Of a stretch of 64,000 bases of DNA, positions 12,569 to 25,281 are shown piece by piece. Below the pieces are notes generated by a model. That model was not told where the DNA came from and ran no database searches. It saw only the letters and a list, made by a program, of their open reading frames with translations. The stretch comes from Macrostomum hystrix (taxonomy: Eukaryota; Animalia; Platyhelminthes), in the NCBI GenBank assembly GCA_950097015.1, contig CATNEN010000003.1:7440001-7504000 (forward strand), given 5' to 3'. Each line of letters starts with the position of its first letter. Positions within the stretch are counted from its first letter, which is position 1. A program made the position numbers and the translations under genes.

Positions 12569-13724
12569 TAAACAGTGTGCACACACTGTGCACAATAAAT
12601 TTTCTTCTGTACCATTTGCATAGTGTGCACAAAAAATCCTTTGTGTGCCTGGCAATCTTGCATGAAATCTAACACCTTCTTGACTGTGGGGTCTGTGGAT
12701 CGTCAGGTGCAATTTAGATGGCTGGCTACCTTGACATGGTATAGCAAAACAGAACTTAAGTAAATATAACATAGAGAAAAATGAAAAATTCCACTCTTAA
12801 ATTCTCTGAAACTTATTAGACCGAAATTTCTAAATTGAGAATATTAAACAAAAACGTGAATTAAAACTAATACCAGATTGAGAATAGTTAAATGCATCTT
12901 TAAAGTCAGATTGCTGCTAAATTACTCATAATTATATAATTAACAAAAATAAACATATTCCAATTGGACATTTAGCGATAAGACTTGTGCTTTAAAAGCC
13001 CTACTACAGAACTATTACCTGAGACCTGCTTGGACAGATTGGACAAGGCCGTTTAACAACAACAACGTGAGACCTGCATGGTCTTGGACTTCAATAGTAA
13101 TCAATAACAGAGTGCGCGATTTATCCAAGTATTTTCTTAGAACTCTCGTTTTACTTTAGCAAAACAAAATTCTATAGTAATTTACTTCTCAATTATTGTA
13201 ACACAGTTTTAAAATAACACAATTAATTTAAGAATGTTTTATTTTTTACTGAATTTGCGCTTTTAAGCAGTTCGCTTTTGATTTAACAAATTTTTCATTT
13301 CATAGAACATCTTAATTTGTATCGCGGAAAACAGTGTCTTACAGTGCAGTTAATGTGAACATTAAATTGTAAAATGCAAGGAGTAAATTGTTATAGAGAA
13401 GAAAGCTTATGTTTATGCCTGTTATTAAAGATATCATTTCTCTTTGACTCTTATTTGTGTCAAAGAAATTGAGTCTCCAGTTTTATACAATGCTATAGAT
13501 GCTTATTTTCTGTAACTCTTCTTTTTAATTAATAGGCTTATGCTTGAATTTTAGCTGCTTTGCCAACTTTCTACAAACATAGGGCCGAAGAAAGTAACTT
13601 ACAAAGTAGCTCAAGTTTAACAGGTGCTAAAAAACTTACAAAGTTTAAAAAGCCACTAGCATAGCACTGCAAAGACTTACTAAGTATTGCATAGTTTTGT
13701 AATAGAATGCTAGGCCTATCCCAG

Positions 13725-15197
13725 GGTGCCAGGCATTTCGGTGACAGGGCTTTTCGGTACAGTGCATTTCGGTACCAGTCAGTGCTTTTCGGTGACTTAA
13801 TTTTCGGTACAGTGCATTTCGGTACCTGCTTTTTGAACGGTGCCTTAAATAGTCAAGCATTAAAGAGTAAAGACTATACTAGCTCCCCTGTTTGTATTCG
13901 TGTGAATATGTATTTTAACGGTATATTTTAACGAGAATATTTTAATATTTTAATGAGAACGACAAAAAGACATTGCTGAAATACAATGTACTGCAACATT
14001 CCAGTACATATACAGTTACAAGATTTTCCTGTTTAGTAACGACACTCAATGCCAATTAAATTGTCAATTGTCCATGCACAAAGTTGCACAAAGTTGTATG
14101 CGTCAAAGTCAAGTTGATTAGCAATATCTGTGTAAGAAGTTCTAAATAGAAAACGATAAAATGATAGGGATATATGCACCTGTAAAGGTCATTGCTAAAA
14201 TACATCCAGACAAGATCTGGAACTAAGAAGATCCAGGCAACCGCCAGATGTGTATCAGTTATTTTCCGACAAAGTGGCTGCAAGTAGCCAGCAGCTGGTT
14301 GACAGTCAGAAGGCCCTCAGAAAACTGTCCCCAGGCATTATGTATGTTAGCCTGAATTGTGCAGTAAGCAACGCGCTGCCTGCGTTGCAGGGCCCCCCTC
14401 GAGACGAGCTGCGCATTCATTGGTATCGTGCTCGCTTCAGAGGAGAGCAGTTTTAGCAGAACGTAAAACTGTAGAGTGCTGCGCCCAGCTTTGGCATTCA
14501 ATTGTCGGTGGTACCCTTCGACGTCATCGTTGGAACGAATGGCCCGGCCGAATACGCTGACGTCTTCTGCAGTCCAGAAACTGTGCTGACAACCAGGTAC
14601 TGCAAATATAGTCGCAGACAGCGATCAAGCGGGAAAACAAATCTAATTTTGTTCCCTGATCAGCTCCCATTATTTGTTCCTATTGTGCTTTTTTTAGAGA
14701 CACTACTATCATTTGCACCGTTCCATTTTTCTAGTATTGCATCAATCGAAATTATTGTATCATTTTGGCTTAGCAGGTTGTTTACCTGTGCCAAAATATC
14801 TACTACTACCACCATACATGCGCAACCTCCCAAATCTTAGCCGGCCTTGCGACTTAGTTTTTGCTCTCATTTGCGACTTAGTTCGTTTCTTTGCTCTATT
14901 TACGACTTAGTTTGCTCTCATTTGCTCTCTTTTTCTCTCCCCTTTTTCCTATTCTTCACGCCTTCCTTTTTTGTCCCTTGGTCCCCCCTTTGATTTTTTG
15001 GCGCTTGGTCGATTGGTTTTTGCGACTTACCTTGCTTGGCCCTCGTTTCACCCGGCCGGTTTGGCTGGGTCGGCCGGGTGTTGCGCATGTATGACTACCA
15101 CTAAAACTACTACTATAATTCAGTGGTACTGAAAAGCACTGACTGGTACCGAAATGCACTGTACCGAAAAGCCCTGTCACCGAAATGCATGGAATCC
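13725..15197 (-). mobile_element. Non-autonomous MULE/Mutator element with C-terminal transposase remnant (~14250-14600)
   Basis: ~70-bp TIRs made of TTCGGTAC repeats; 9-bp TSD CTATCCCAG (13716-13724, 15198-15206); minus-strand SVFGRAIRSNDDVEGYHRQLN motif. Confidence 0.85.
14813..15093. mobile_element. MITE family A copy 2, nested in the MULE
   Basis: Perfect TIR CATACATGCGCAAC; 8-bp TSD ACTACCAC. Confidence 0.9.
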
Positions 15198-18116
15198 CTA
15201 TCCCAGGTAGTCTAGGTCAATAAATCATGACATATACATTAAATTACCCCTTCAGTTGTTGTAGAGTTAATTTAATATTTTAACTCTATCCTCACCAGTG
15301 TGTTCTTTCCCCTAGAGTGAATTGTCCACTGTAGCTGTAGCCACCAGACTGAACCAGTATGTCTTTCTTGCTAGATGATTGACAAAAAACGACACTTTCT
15401 TAGTTACCAAAGTGTACCGATAATTTGACCAAAGTGTCTGTTACCGAAATAGACTGCAACCCTCACCAATGCCAAAAAATTGTTGCAGAGCTCTGTATAA
15501 AAAATATTATACTCAACTGCCACTGTGGCTAAAGTTGTCCTATGGCTAACATATAGTCATATAACAATAATAATAATAATAAATGATAATATAAAAAAAT
15601 AAATGTGGCTAACAAAGAAACACCTTATTTATTTCAAGTTATTTAAAGTTGCCTAAAGTTATTTACTTAATGTATTAATATATTTGTCTTTATCACTCTC
15701 TATCAATTTTCAATCTCTTTTTTAAAGTTCTTTGTTAGTCTGTTTTATGCATACCAATGGAGATATATATGGTTACATGGTCCCTCTTTCTTTCACTTTA
15801 ATCATTTTTCGTTTTTAATATCTCTCAAAATTACATAAAGACAAAAACTGCAATATTTCCAAACTTTTTATTCTTAAAGTTAATAGTAAATGAAATCTGA
15901 TTCTTGCATTGCTGTGAAAATTTTTATACCTATTTTTCTTATCTCTTCAGGACTGTATCTTCTTGACTCCAATAAAAACTTTTATTATTCAGTTCATTAA
16001 AACTATAATTTGTAAACAAATTTTAAACAAAATCAATGCCTTTAAACAAAACTAAATTTTTTACAGAGTATACTTCTCAGAAAAATTCCCTAAACATTTG
16101 AAAAGTTTTGACATGTCATTCGACATTTGACATTTGTTAAAACATTTGACATAAAAGGATAAATAAAGAGAAAAATAAAATAATACACTTGTTCCTAAAG
16201 GGAAAATAGACAAAAGAGTGGCACATGGGTAAGAGCCAATGCCAGACAATTAACCAGACTAGACAGGAGATACAGAAAAAGGTTGATCAAGAGTTGATTG
16301 ACTGCAGAGATGCCAAAAAGAGCCTTAGGTTTGAGAAGCCTCAGTCAGATAGAATAGGTTGCCAAAAGGAAAGAAAAATGTATGCACAAAGCTAAGTGCT
16401 AGGCTAACTACAAGTGAAGCCATGTGTACTTAGACTAGTGGCTCAGTTCAATACAGTACAGACTGATCTTAAAGATTTTGTATTTTTGTGCTAAATGTTC
16501 AATGTTAGTTTTATATAATATAACATACTTATTTATTTTTAGTTTATATTTTTCTACAAATAAAATTGAAATAGAATCAAAATAATTAGCAAAAATTTGA
16601 TATTTCATAATCATACTCACAAGTGATTGTCTTACAACTGATAGTAAATTAAACTTGAATTAAATTAAAACTTGAATCAGACAGGCAGTTTGTCTGAGCC
16701 AAAATACAACTGCAACAAAAATCTACTACAATAAACTATTAATAATAAATTTCATGATAACAATCATGCCCAACCTTTAAAAATTCAAAAATTTCATGCA
16801 CAACAAATAATTTATGTCCCTCTGACCTCTAAGAAAAATTCACCTTGCGCCCAATAACCTTTGAAATTGTCTTGGTAGCAATGCAGCTTCATGCAGTTTG
16901 GTGACTACAGTTGCAAGTAGACAATGAGCAGTGTAAGTCCTTTAAATTCTAACCATGGTTGATTCTTGGCTGGTGGCGACTCCAGGTCCACATCCATTAG
17001 TTCTTACAAGCCTTTGCATGTAAGATCAGCCACATCTAAAATGAGACTCTCAATTTCCAAACTTTGAATTTCTTTCTCTAGATTGCTTATTACCAAAGCA
17101 ATGTGCATCTTGTCAGTAGATATGTCAGCAACTTCTGAGAACTTTATGTCAATTAGTAGCAGCAAAAGAACATGATTTGTGAGGGCAGCCATTTATCCTG
17201 GATGACAAAAAAAGAAAGCAACAAGTGAAAAATAAGAGATAAGCCACAGTAAATTTAAATTACAAGTTATATAGGCAGCCTGGCTCATTGTAAAATGGGC
17301 ATTACATTGATAAGAAATAAGAACCAATTGATAAAGTAGATAGCATGCTATCATGGGACTTACTAAACTTCTTGAGGCCCTGTAACAATTAATGTTATTG
17401 TTGCTTCCTTCTGCCTGTCAGCTTAGAAGACTATATAGTCACACAACACTGCACAGCCAGTCTTCTCTGGTTCCTGGGCATCCTTGAGTTTTTTAATACA
17501 GTTAAACACTTTTACTCATAGATAAAAGACAGGCATGTATGTCTAATATACTAAAAATGAAATGCTTGGTTGGTTGCTTGTAATTGATTTTCTCCCGAAC
17601 GGCTCAACCGATTTTCACCATTTCTTCACCAAAAGATGCTAAATATGGGCAGAATTTTACACGTATTTTTATTAAGCTTAACTCCATTGCTAAGGGGATT
17701 AAATATTCGAAAAACATGATTTTGTCAAAGGTCAAACCATCTTGGCCTATTGAGAATTTTAACTCACTGCCACTGAATTAGAATTGCATCGTCAAATTGC
17801 GCAACAACCCCTAGCTGATTGAATTTGAAGCCTGCACTCTGGAGACAAATTGGAAATAAATGTACACAACTGAGTGTACTCTATTTTCTTACTTCATTGT
17901 ACAAAGCCAGAACTTTGAGAATTCATTTTATAAGGCTGAATTCCGCACCCACTAACCAACAGTCGGAATAGCCGATGTGTAGGCACTAGAAATAGGTTAG
18001 GCTAGGCTAGGGTTCGATTCTGCACTGGGTCAAATCATTTAGACTAATTTTCAGCCAGTAGTGATTGAAGATTATTTTGATTTTTTTTTCATTTCGTAAA
18101 TAAAATATCATAAATC

Positions 18117-21100
18117 ATAGCAAACCTGAATTTGAATCATGGCAAAAATAGAGCTTGAATCATGGCTAAACCAGCGTCTGAATCATGGCTAAACCAGAGT
18201 TTGAATCATGGCTAAACCAGAGTCTGAATCATGGCTAAACCAGAGTTTGAATCATGGCTAAACCAGAGTTTGAATCATGGCTAAACCAGAGTTTGAATCA
18301 TGGCTAACCCAGACTTTGAATCATGGCTAAACCAGCGTCTGAATCATTGCTAAACCATCGTTTGAATCATGGCTAAACCAGAGTCTGAATCATGGCTAAA
18401 CCAGAGTTTGAATCATGGCTAAACCATCGTTTGAATCATGGCTAAACCATCGTTTGAATCATGGCAAAACCAGAGTTTGAATCATGGCCAACCAGAGTTT
18501 GAATCATGGCAAAACCAGAGTTTGAATCATGGCCAACCAGAGTTTGAATCATGGCTAAACCAGATCTTGAATCATGGCTAAACAAGCGTTTGAATCATGG
18601 CTAAACCATCGTTTGAATCATGGCTAAACCATCGTTTGAATCATGGCTAAACCATCGTTTGAATCATGGCTAAACCATCGTTTGAATCATGGCTAAACCA
18701 TCGTTTGAATCATGGCTAAACCATCGTTTGAATCATGGCTAAACCAGAGTTTGAATCATGGCAAAACCAGAGTTTGAATCATGGCAAAACCAGAGTTTGA
18801 ATCATGGCCAACCAGAGTTTGAATCATGGCTAAACCAGATCTTGAATCATGGCTAAACCAGCGTTTGAATCATGGCTAAACCATCGTTTGAATCATGGCT
18901 AAACCAGCGTTTGAATCATGGCTAAACCATCGTTTGAATCATGGCTAAACCAGAGTTTGAATCATGGCAAAACCAGAGTTTGAATCATGGCTAAACCAGA
19001 GTTTGAATCATGGCTAAACCATCGTTTGAATCATGGCTAAACCAGAGTTTGAATCATGGCTAAACCAGAGTCTGAATCATGGCTAAACCAGATCTTGAAT
19101 CATGGCTAAACAATTGTTTGAATCATGGCTAAACCATCGTTTGAATCATGGCTAAACCATCGTTTGAATCATGGCTAAACCATCGTTTGAATCATGGCTA
19201 AACCAGAGTTTGAATCATGGCTAAACCAGAGTTTGAATCATGGCAAAACCAGAGTTTGAATCATGGCTAAACCATCGTTTGAATCATGGCTAAACCAGAT
19301 CTTGAATCATGGCTAAACAATTGTTTGAATCATGGCTAAACCATCGTTTGAATCATGGCTAAACCATCGTTTGAATCATGGCTAAACCATCGTTTGAATC
19401 ATGGCTAAACCAGAGTTTGAATCATGGCTAAACCAGAGTTTGAATCATGGCAAAACCAGAGTTTGAATCATGGCTAAACCAGCGTTTGAATCATGGCTAA
19501 ACCAGATCTTGAATCATGGCTAAACCAGATCTTGAATCATGGCTAAACAATTGTTTGAATCATGGCTAAACCAGCGTTTGAATCATGGCTAAACCAGAGT
19601 TTGAATCATGGCAAAACCAGAGTTTGAATCATGGCCAACCAGAGTTTGAATCATGACTAAACCAGATCTTGAATCATGGCTAAACCAGCGTTTGAATCAT
19701 GGCTAAACCATCGTTTGAATCATGGCTAAACCATCGTTTGAATCATGGCTAAACCAGAGTTTGAATCATGGCTAAACCATCGTTTAAATAATGGCTAAAC
19801 CATCGTTTGAATCATGGCTAAACCAGAGTTTGAATCATGGCAAAACCAGAGTCTGAATCATGGCTAAACCAGATCTTGAATCATGGCTAAACAATTGTTT
19901 GAATCATGGCTAAACCATCGTTTGAATCATGGCTAAACCATCGTTTGAATCATGGCTAAACCATTGTTTGAATCATGGCTAAACCATCGTTTGAATCATG
20001 GCTAAACCAGAGTTTGAATCATGGCTAAACCATCGTTTGAATCATGGCTAAACCAGAGTTTGAATCGTGGCTTAACCAGAGTTTGAAACATGGCTAAACC
20101 AGAGTCTGAACCATGGCTAAACCAGAGTTTGAATCATGGCTAAACCAGAGTTTGAATCATGGTTAAACCAGAGTCTGAATCATGGCTAAACCAGAGTTTG
20201 AATCATGGCCAACCAGAGTTTGAATCATGGCCAACCAGAGTTTGAATCATGGCTAAACCAGATTTTGAATCATGGCTAAACCAGATCTTGAATCATGGCT
20301 AAACCAGAGTTTGAATCATGTCAAAACCAGAGTTTGAATCATGGCCAACCAGAGTTTGAATCATGGCTAAACCAGCGTTTGAATCATGGCTAAACCATCG
20401 TTTGAATCATGGCTAAACCAGAGTTTGAATCATGGCAAAACCAGAGTTTGAATCATGGCTAAACCAGAGTTTGAATCATGGCTAAACCATCGTTTGAATC
20501 ATGGCTAAACCAGAGTCTGAATCATGGCTAAACCAGATCTTGAATCATGGCTAAACAATTGTTTGAATCATGGCTAAACCATCGTTTGAATCATGGCTAA
20601 ACCATCGTTTGAATCATGGCTAAACCATCGTTTGAATCATGGCTAAACCAGAGTTTGAATCATGGCTAAACCAGAGTTTGAATCATGGCAAAACCAGAGT
20701 TTGAATCATGGCTAAACCAGAGTTTGAATCATGGCTAAACCAGATCTTGAATCATGGCTAAACAATTGTTTGAATCATGGCTAAACCATCGTTTGAATCA
20801 TGGCTAAACCATCGTTTGAATCATGGCTAAACCATCGTTTGAATCATGGCTAAACCAGAGTTTGAATCATGGCTAAACCAGAGTTTGAATCATGTCAAAA
20901 CCAGAGTTTGAATCATGGCCAACCAGAGTTTGAATCATGGCTAAACCAGCGTTTGAATCATGGCTAAACCAGAGTTTGAATCATGGCTTAACCAGAGTTT
21001 GAAACATGGCTAAACCAGAGTCTGAACCATGGCTAAACCAGAGTTTGAATCATGGCTAAACCAGAGTTTGAATCATGGTTAAACCAGAGTCTGAATCATG

Positions 21101-21232
21101 GCTAAACCAGAGTTTGAATCATGGCCAACCAGAGTTTGAATCATGGCGAAACCAGAGTTTGAATCATGGCTAAACCAGCGTTTGAATCATGGCTAAACCA
21201 GAGTTTGAATCTTCGCTAACCCAGCGTTTGAA
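18117..21232. repeat. 23-bp minisatellite (GAATCATGGCTAAACCAGAGTTT), about 135 units with variant blocks
   Basis: Read directly. Confidence 0.97.
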
Positions 21233-21239
21233 AAATCAA

Positions 21240-21945
21240 CGTCAACTGGGGAGTCATCATCAAAATGGGGATCATGGTAAACTGGGGGATAATCGTCAAC
21301 TGGGGGATCATGGTAAACTGGGGGATAATTGTCAACTGTGGGATCGTTGTCAACTGGGGGTTCATTGTCAACTGGGGGATCATTGTCAACTAGGGGATCA
21401 TCATCAACTGGGGGATCATTGTCAACTGGGTGATCATCATCAACTGGGGGATCATTGTCAACTGGGGGATCATTGTCAACTGGGGGATCATTGTCAACTG
21501 GGGGATCATTTTCAACTGGGGGATCATCATCAACTGGGGGATCATCATCAACTGGGTGATCATTGTGAACTGGGGGATCTTTGTCAACTGGGGGATCATT
21601 GTCAACTGTGGGATCATTGTCAACTGGGGGATCATTGTCAAATGGGGGATCATTGTCAACTGTGGGATCGTTGTCAACTGGGGGTTCATTGTCAACTGGG
21701 GGTTCATTGTCAACTGGGGGATCATCATCAACTGGGGGATCATCATCAACTGGGTGATCATTGTGAACTGGGGGATCTTTGTCAACTGGGGGATCATTGT
21801 TAACTGTGGGATCATTGTCAACTGGGGGATCATTGTCAAATGGGGGATCATTGTCAACTGTGGGATCGTTGTCAACTGGGGGTTCATTGTCAACTGGGGG
21901 TTCATTGTCAACTGGGGGATCATTGTCAACTGGGGGTTCATTGTA
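21240..21945. repeat. 18-bp minisatellite (GTCAACTGGGGGATCATT)
   Basis: Read directly; explains the repetitive ORFs at 21189-21975. Confidence 0.97.
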
Positions 21946-22235
21946 GCTTTAAAAAGCTGTAAATTCAGCTGCTAAAAAGTATATACTAGACGAATTAAAA
22001 GTATTTCTGCTCCCCGAAGGGGGGCAAAACATGCTAGTCAATTTCTATAATTATACTCATATTTATTGTTTCTATAGGGATATAGATTTTGAAATAAAAA
22101 ATTAAACATCATTATCAAGATAAATACTATGATCTGCTATATTCATACTCAGATGTATCAGAATTCCATCAATTTACACTAAAATTAAATTTTTTCAGAT
22201 TAATCTGTTTAGTATCAGCCCTCATTTATTCAGTT

Positions 22236-23492
22236 ATGCACCGTCTTCAAGACGAATTTAATGCCATCCGCGAGGTCAGCAATTTAACTGTTGAACAATT
22301 GACACTTAGAGTTGATGAACTCAATAGTCTCTGCCAAAGAGAACTAGCCAACCAGCCTACTAGGCTTGAGTTCACCATCTGTCGCATGCCGCCGCCTCAC
22401 CTATTCCTGCTGTGGAAGGCCATGGTTAAAATTGAATGCCGCAAATTGGAGGCTTCCACTGGTCGAACTTTGTCTGTTAGACTGCTTAGCCTTCGACAGC
22501 TCATGTCCCTCAGTAGGGATCTGTGCTCATACAGTCTACTACCTGCGGCCAGCGGAGGTGGCAGTGGTGCCAGAGCTGCTTCGGAACTGACTGCTTCAGT
22601 GGTGCTGCAACTATTGCCGTCAGACGATGATTCAGAATCTGCCGCTGGTAATTCTATGAAGCCAACTGCTGTAGGTGAGGCGTTCGGAAACTTTTAAATC
22701 ACTGAAAGCTGTTTCTAATTAAAAAATGCGGTTTAAACTCTTGAATCAACAAATTCTAGGGTAGTAGCTTGGATATTTTCTACGGGTAAAATCAAGTCAA
22801 CGTTTGATTAAGAAACAATCATGAGATTTAGGATCATTATCCCTGAGATTTAGGATCATTATCCCTGAGATTTAGGATCATTATCCCGAACGAGATTTAG
22901 GATCATTATCCCGAACGAGATTTAGGATCATTATCCCTGAGATTTAGGGTCATTATCCCGAACGAGATTTAGGATCATTATCCCTGAGATTTAGGGTCAT
23001 TATCCCGAACGAGATTTAGGATCATTTTAATTTAATTTCATTCATTTAATTCATTAAATTGTTATTTTTAGGTTTGAGATCATTTAAACGAAAAACTTAA
23101 TTACGATTACAATTTCCTACGCATGTAAGTACAAGTATGGAATAGATTCGAAATATACTTTTCTACTCGCACATTCCACTGCATTTTCAGCAGGTAGCGA
23201 TGTGGAAGAGTGCTGCATCTGCATGGATAGCCAGGCCGATGTTTTGTTAGCCTGCGCGCACGCCTATTGTCAGACCTGCATTCAGCGATGGCTGCAGCAG
23301 CAGCAAGGAACTAGCAATGCAGCCGCAACCAACGATGCCACCTGCCCTCTCTGCCGCAGTCACGTGTCCGGCGAGAACAGCTGGATCATCGCATCGGCGC
23401 CGGAAGTTAACCAGTTCGACGCGGCCGAGCTAATGCTCAACGCTGTCGATCGAATTGGCCATCCTGTGCCTAAATATTCCCAGAACCATTAG
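22236..23492 (+). CDS. RNF141: RING finger protein 141-like E3 ligase; exons 22236-22674 and 23191/23194-23492; N-terminal exon may lie upstream
   Basis: LT.EQL..RV.ELN, LWKAMVKIEC, C3HC4 RING EECCICMD..LACAHAYCQTCIQRW..CPLCR, ending SWIIASAP..GHP as in RNF141. Confidence 0.82.
22821..23026. repeat. 22/25-bp minisatellite (GAGATTTAGGATCATTATCCCT) in the RNF141 intron
   Basis: Read directly. Confidence 0.93.
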
Positions 23493-24731
23493 AGCCTACT
23501 ATGAGTAGTGCACTTGGATTTAGTAGAGCTACTAAAAGTAGTAGTAATAAAGCAGGGGGGTGTGGCACGGTGGCCTTTCTATTAAATGGACTGTACAGCT
23601 GTACAGTAGTGTTTAGTTGTACACATCTGGGCTATTTAAGCTTTATTTTGCATCGCGTCAGTATTATGAATATGAGTCGTATTATTACGAATGTTTTACA
23701 ACATTCGCTTTAACTTAGTATAGATTGTTGTTATTGTACATCACAATTGTATAATATTATCGTATTCTTATGTATTCAGTTAACTGATGTGATAGCTGTG
23801 AAAGATTTGATTGAAATATTTTGTCTTGAGTTTTAAATAAATACACATAAATTATTGAGTTAATTATTTGCTAATACGTTCAGCAGTTCTTTTATTTACA
23901 ACCGATGCTACAATGATAATTTTTTTATTTTTTTTTAATCCACATAGATTTATTCTAGATTTATCCTCTATTAACAGTCATTGCTTGGTAATAAATACAC
24001 TTAACTGTTGTAATTTATAGACATGCTTTTATTTTGTAATGAATTCAGATAAAAAGAGTTATTTTTATTGTCTATTTTTTATAATATTTGTCTCCTATAG
24101 ATCAATAAACAAATATGGCAGTAAATCATCTTTTTGCCATTGTACATTTAGCTAGCAAGTGAAAAGACGTAAATAACTCATTCGGAGTAATTTATTTTTG
24201 GAAGCTATAAATTTTTTTATTTTATCAAAACGGCCCTTCCAAGGCCTACACTTAAGTGGTAGATTAGCCCAACAAATTTTGGCAAATTGAACGGCAAGCT
24301 GTTAAATAGCAAGAAAAAAATTTTCTACTAAATAAGTTATTTCATTCCTTCTTAATTGTCTTATATTATTTAGTTCAAGCAATAAATAGTCTACTAAGTG
24401 TCGTATTGTATTGAAAAGCTTTAACATAGAACTATATGTGTACTATGGAAATAGATAGCTAGTTAATGTACTTTTTGAGAAGTATTCGTTTTCTTGAAAC
24501 AACTAGTAATCCGTTCATCCGTTTGTTTTGTACATCGACAGCACTTTGCCAGCAACTGGATGAAAAGGATTGTTCCTTTCAAATTTCGAAAATGTCTGCC
24601 TAATTGATAAATTATGAATTCATTATGTAAGCGGGCATGGCTGGAGCCGTTTTGGCAACGCAGGTGTATGATAATAAATAGTAAAAAATTCGCGAATCAT
24701 CATCAGATGCCTCTTACTTTTACTGGGAACA

Positions 24732-24745
24732 GTAGCCATGGTAAC
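24732..24745 (+). promoter_or_regulatory. Candidate RFX X-box upstream of the DEG/ENaC gene
   Basis: GTAGCCATGGTAAC fits GTHNYYATRRNAAC; TATA-like CTATATAG about 90 bp downstream. Confidence 0.5.
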
Positions 24746-25281
24746 TAATTGAATAATCAAGAGTTAAGAGAGAAATTGTGTCCACTACCGTTGAAGAGCG
24801 GCTATACGCTCGTAACAGGGAGGCGGGAGCCTATATAGCAAAGTGTTATGCCTGCTGGCTGCTGTCAGATGGGAGAGGAAGAAAAAACAGGCAGAAATAA
24901 AGTGACGGCTTCTCAGATTAGTTCTAGCCAGTTTTCCAGCACAATCATGCATTGTCGTGCTCCAATCCGATTTCTGCAGTTTCTAAGTCTTTTCTGTCAC
25001 CATGAGTACCAGTGCCAGCGGCGCAGAAATTGTTGGGCTAGCTTGTAAGCAATTCCAACCAGAATTAACCAGCCAACCAACCGGCAGTTCTCAGCTTCTC
25101 ACACGGACATTGGGCAAACAGTTCTCAACTCTCTCTCTCTATCTGTCTCTCTCTTTTCCTTTCTCTGAACTGTTTTCACTCCAATAATAAGAACTCGAAG
25201 CTGTCAGTTCGCAGAAACCGCCGAGTCAACGGGTAATTTGGTGATAAATCTACGAGATACTTTACTGAACTTTTCTCGGCA

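Larger units (their letters stand above)
17542..22037 (+). mobile_element. Non-autonomous Helitron carrying two minisatellite arrays
   Basis: 5' TCTAATATACTAAAAATGAAATG...AACGGCTCAACCGATTTT; 3' hairpin GCTCCCCGAAGGGGGGC followed by CTAG and a host T. Confidence 0.7.

Noticed and set aside
18117-21945. CRISPR-like array
   Set aside because: No unique spacers and no cas genes; head-to-tail minisatellite in a eukaryotic context.
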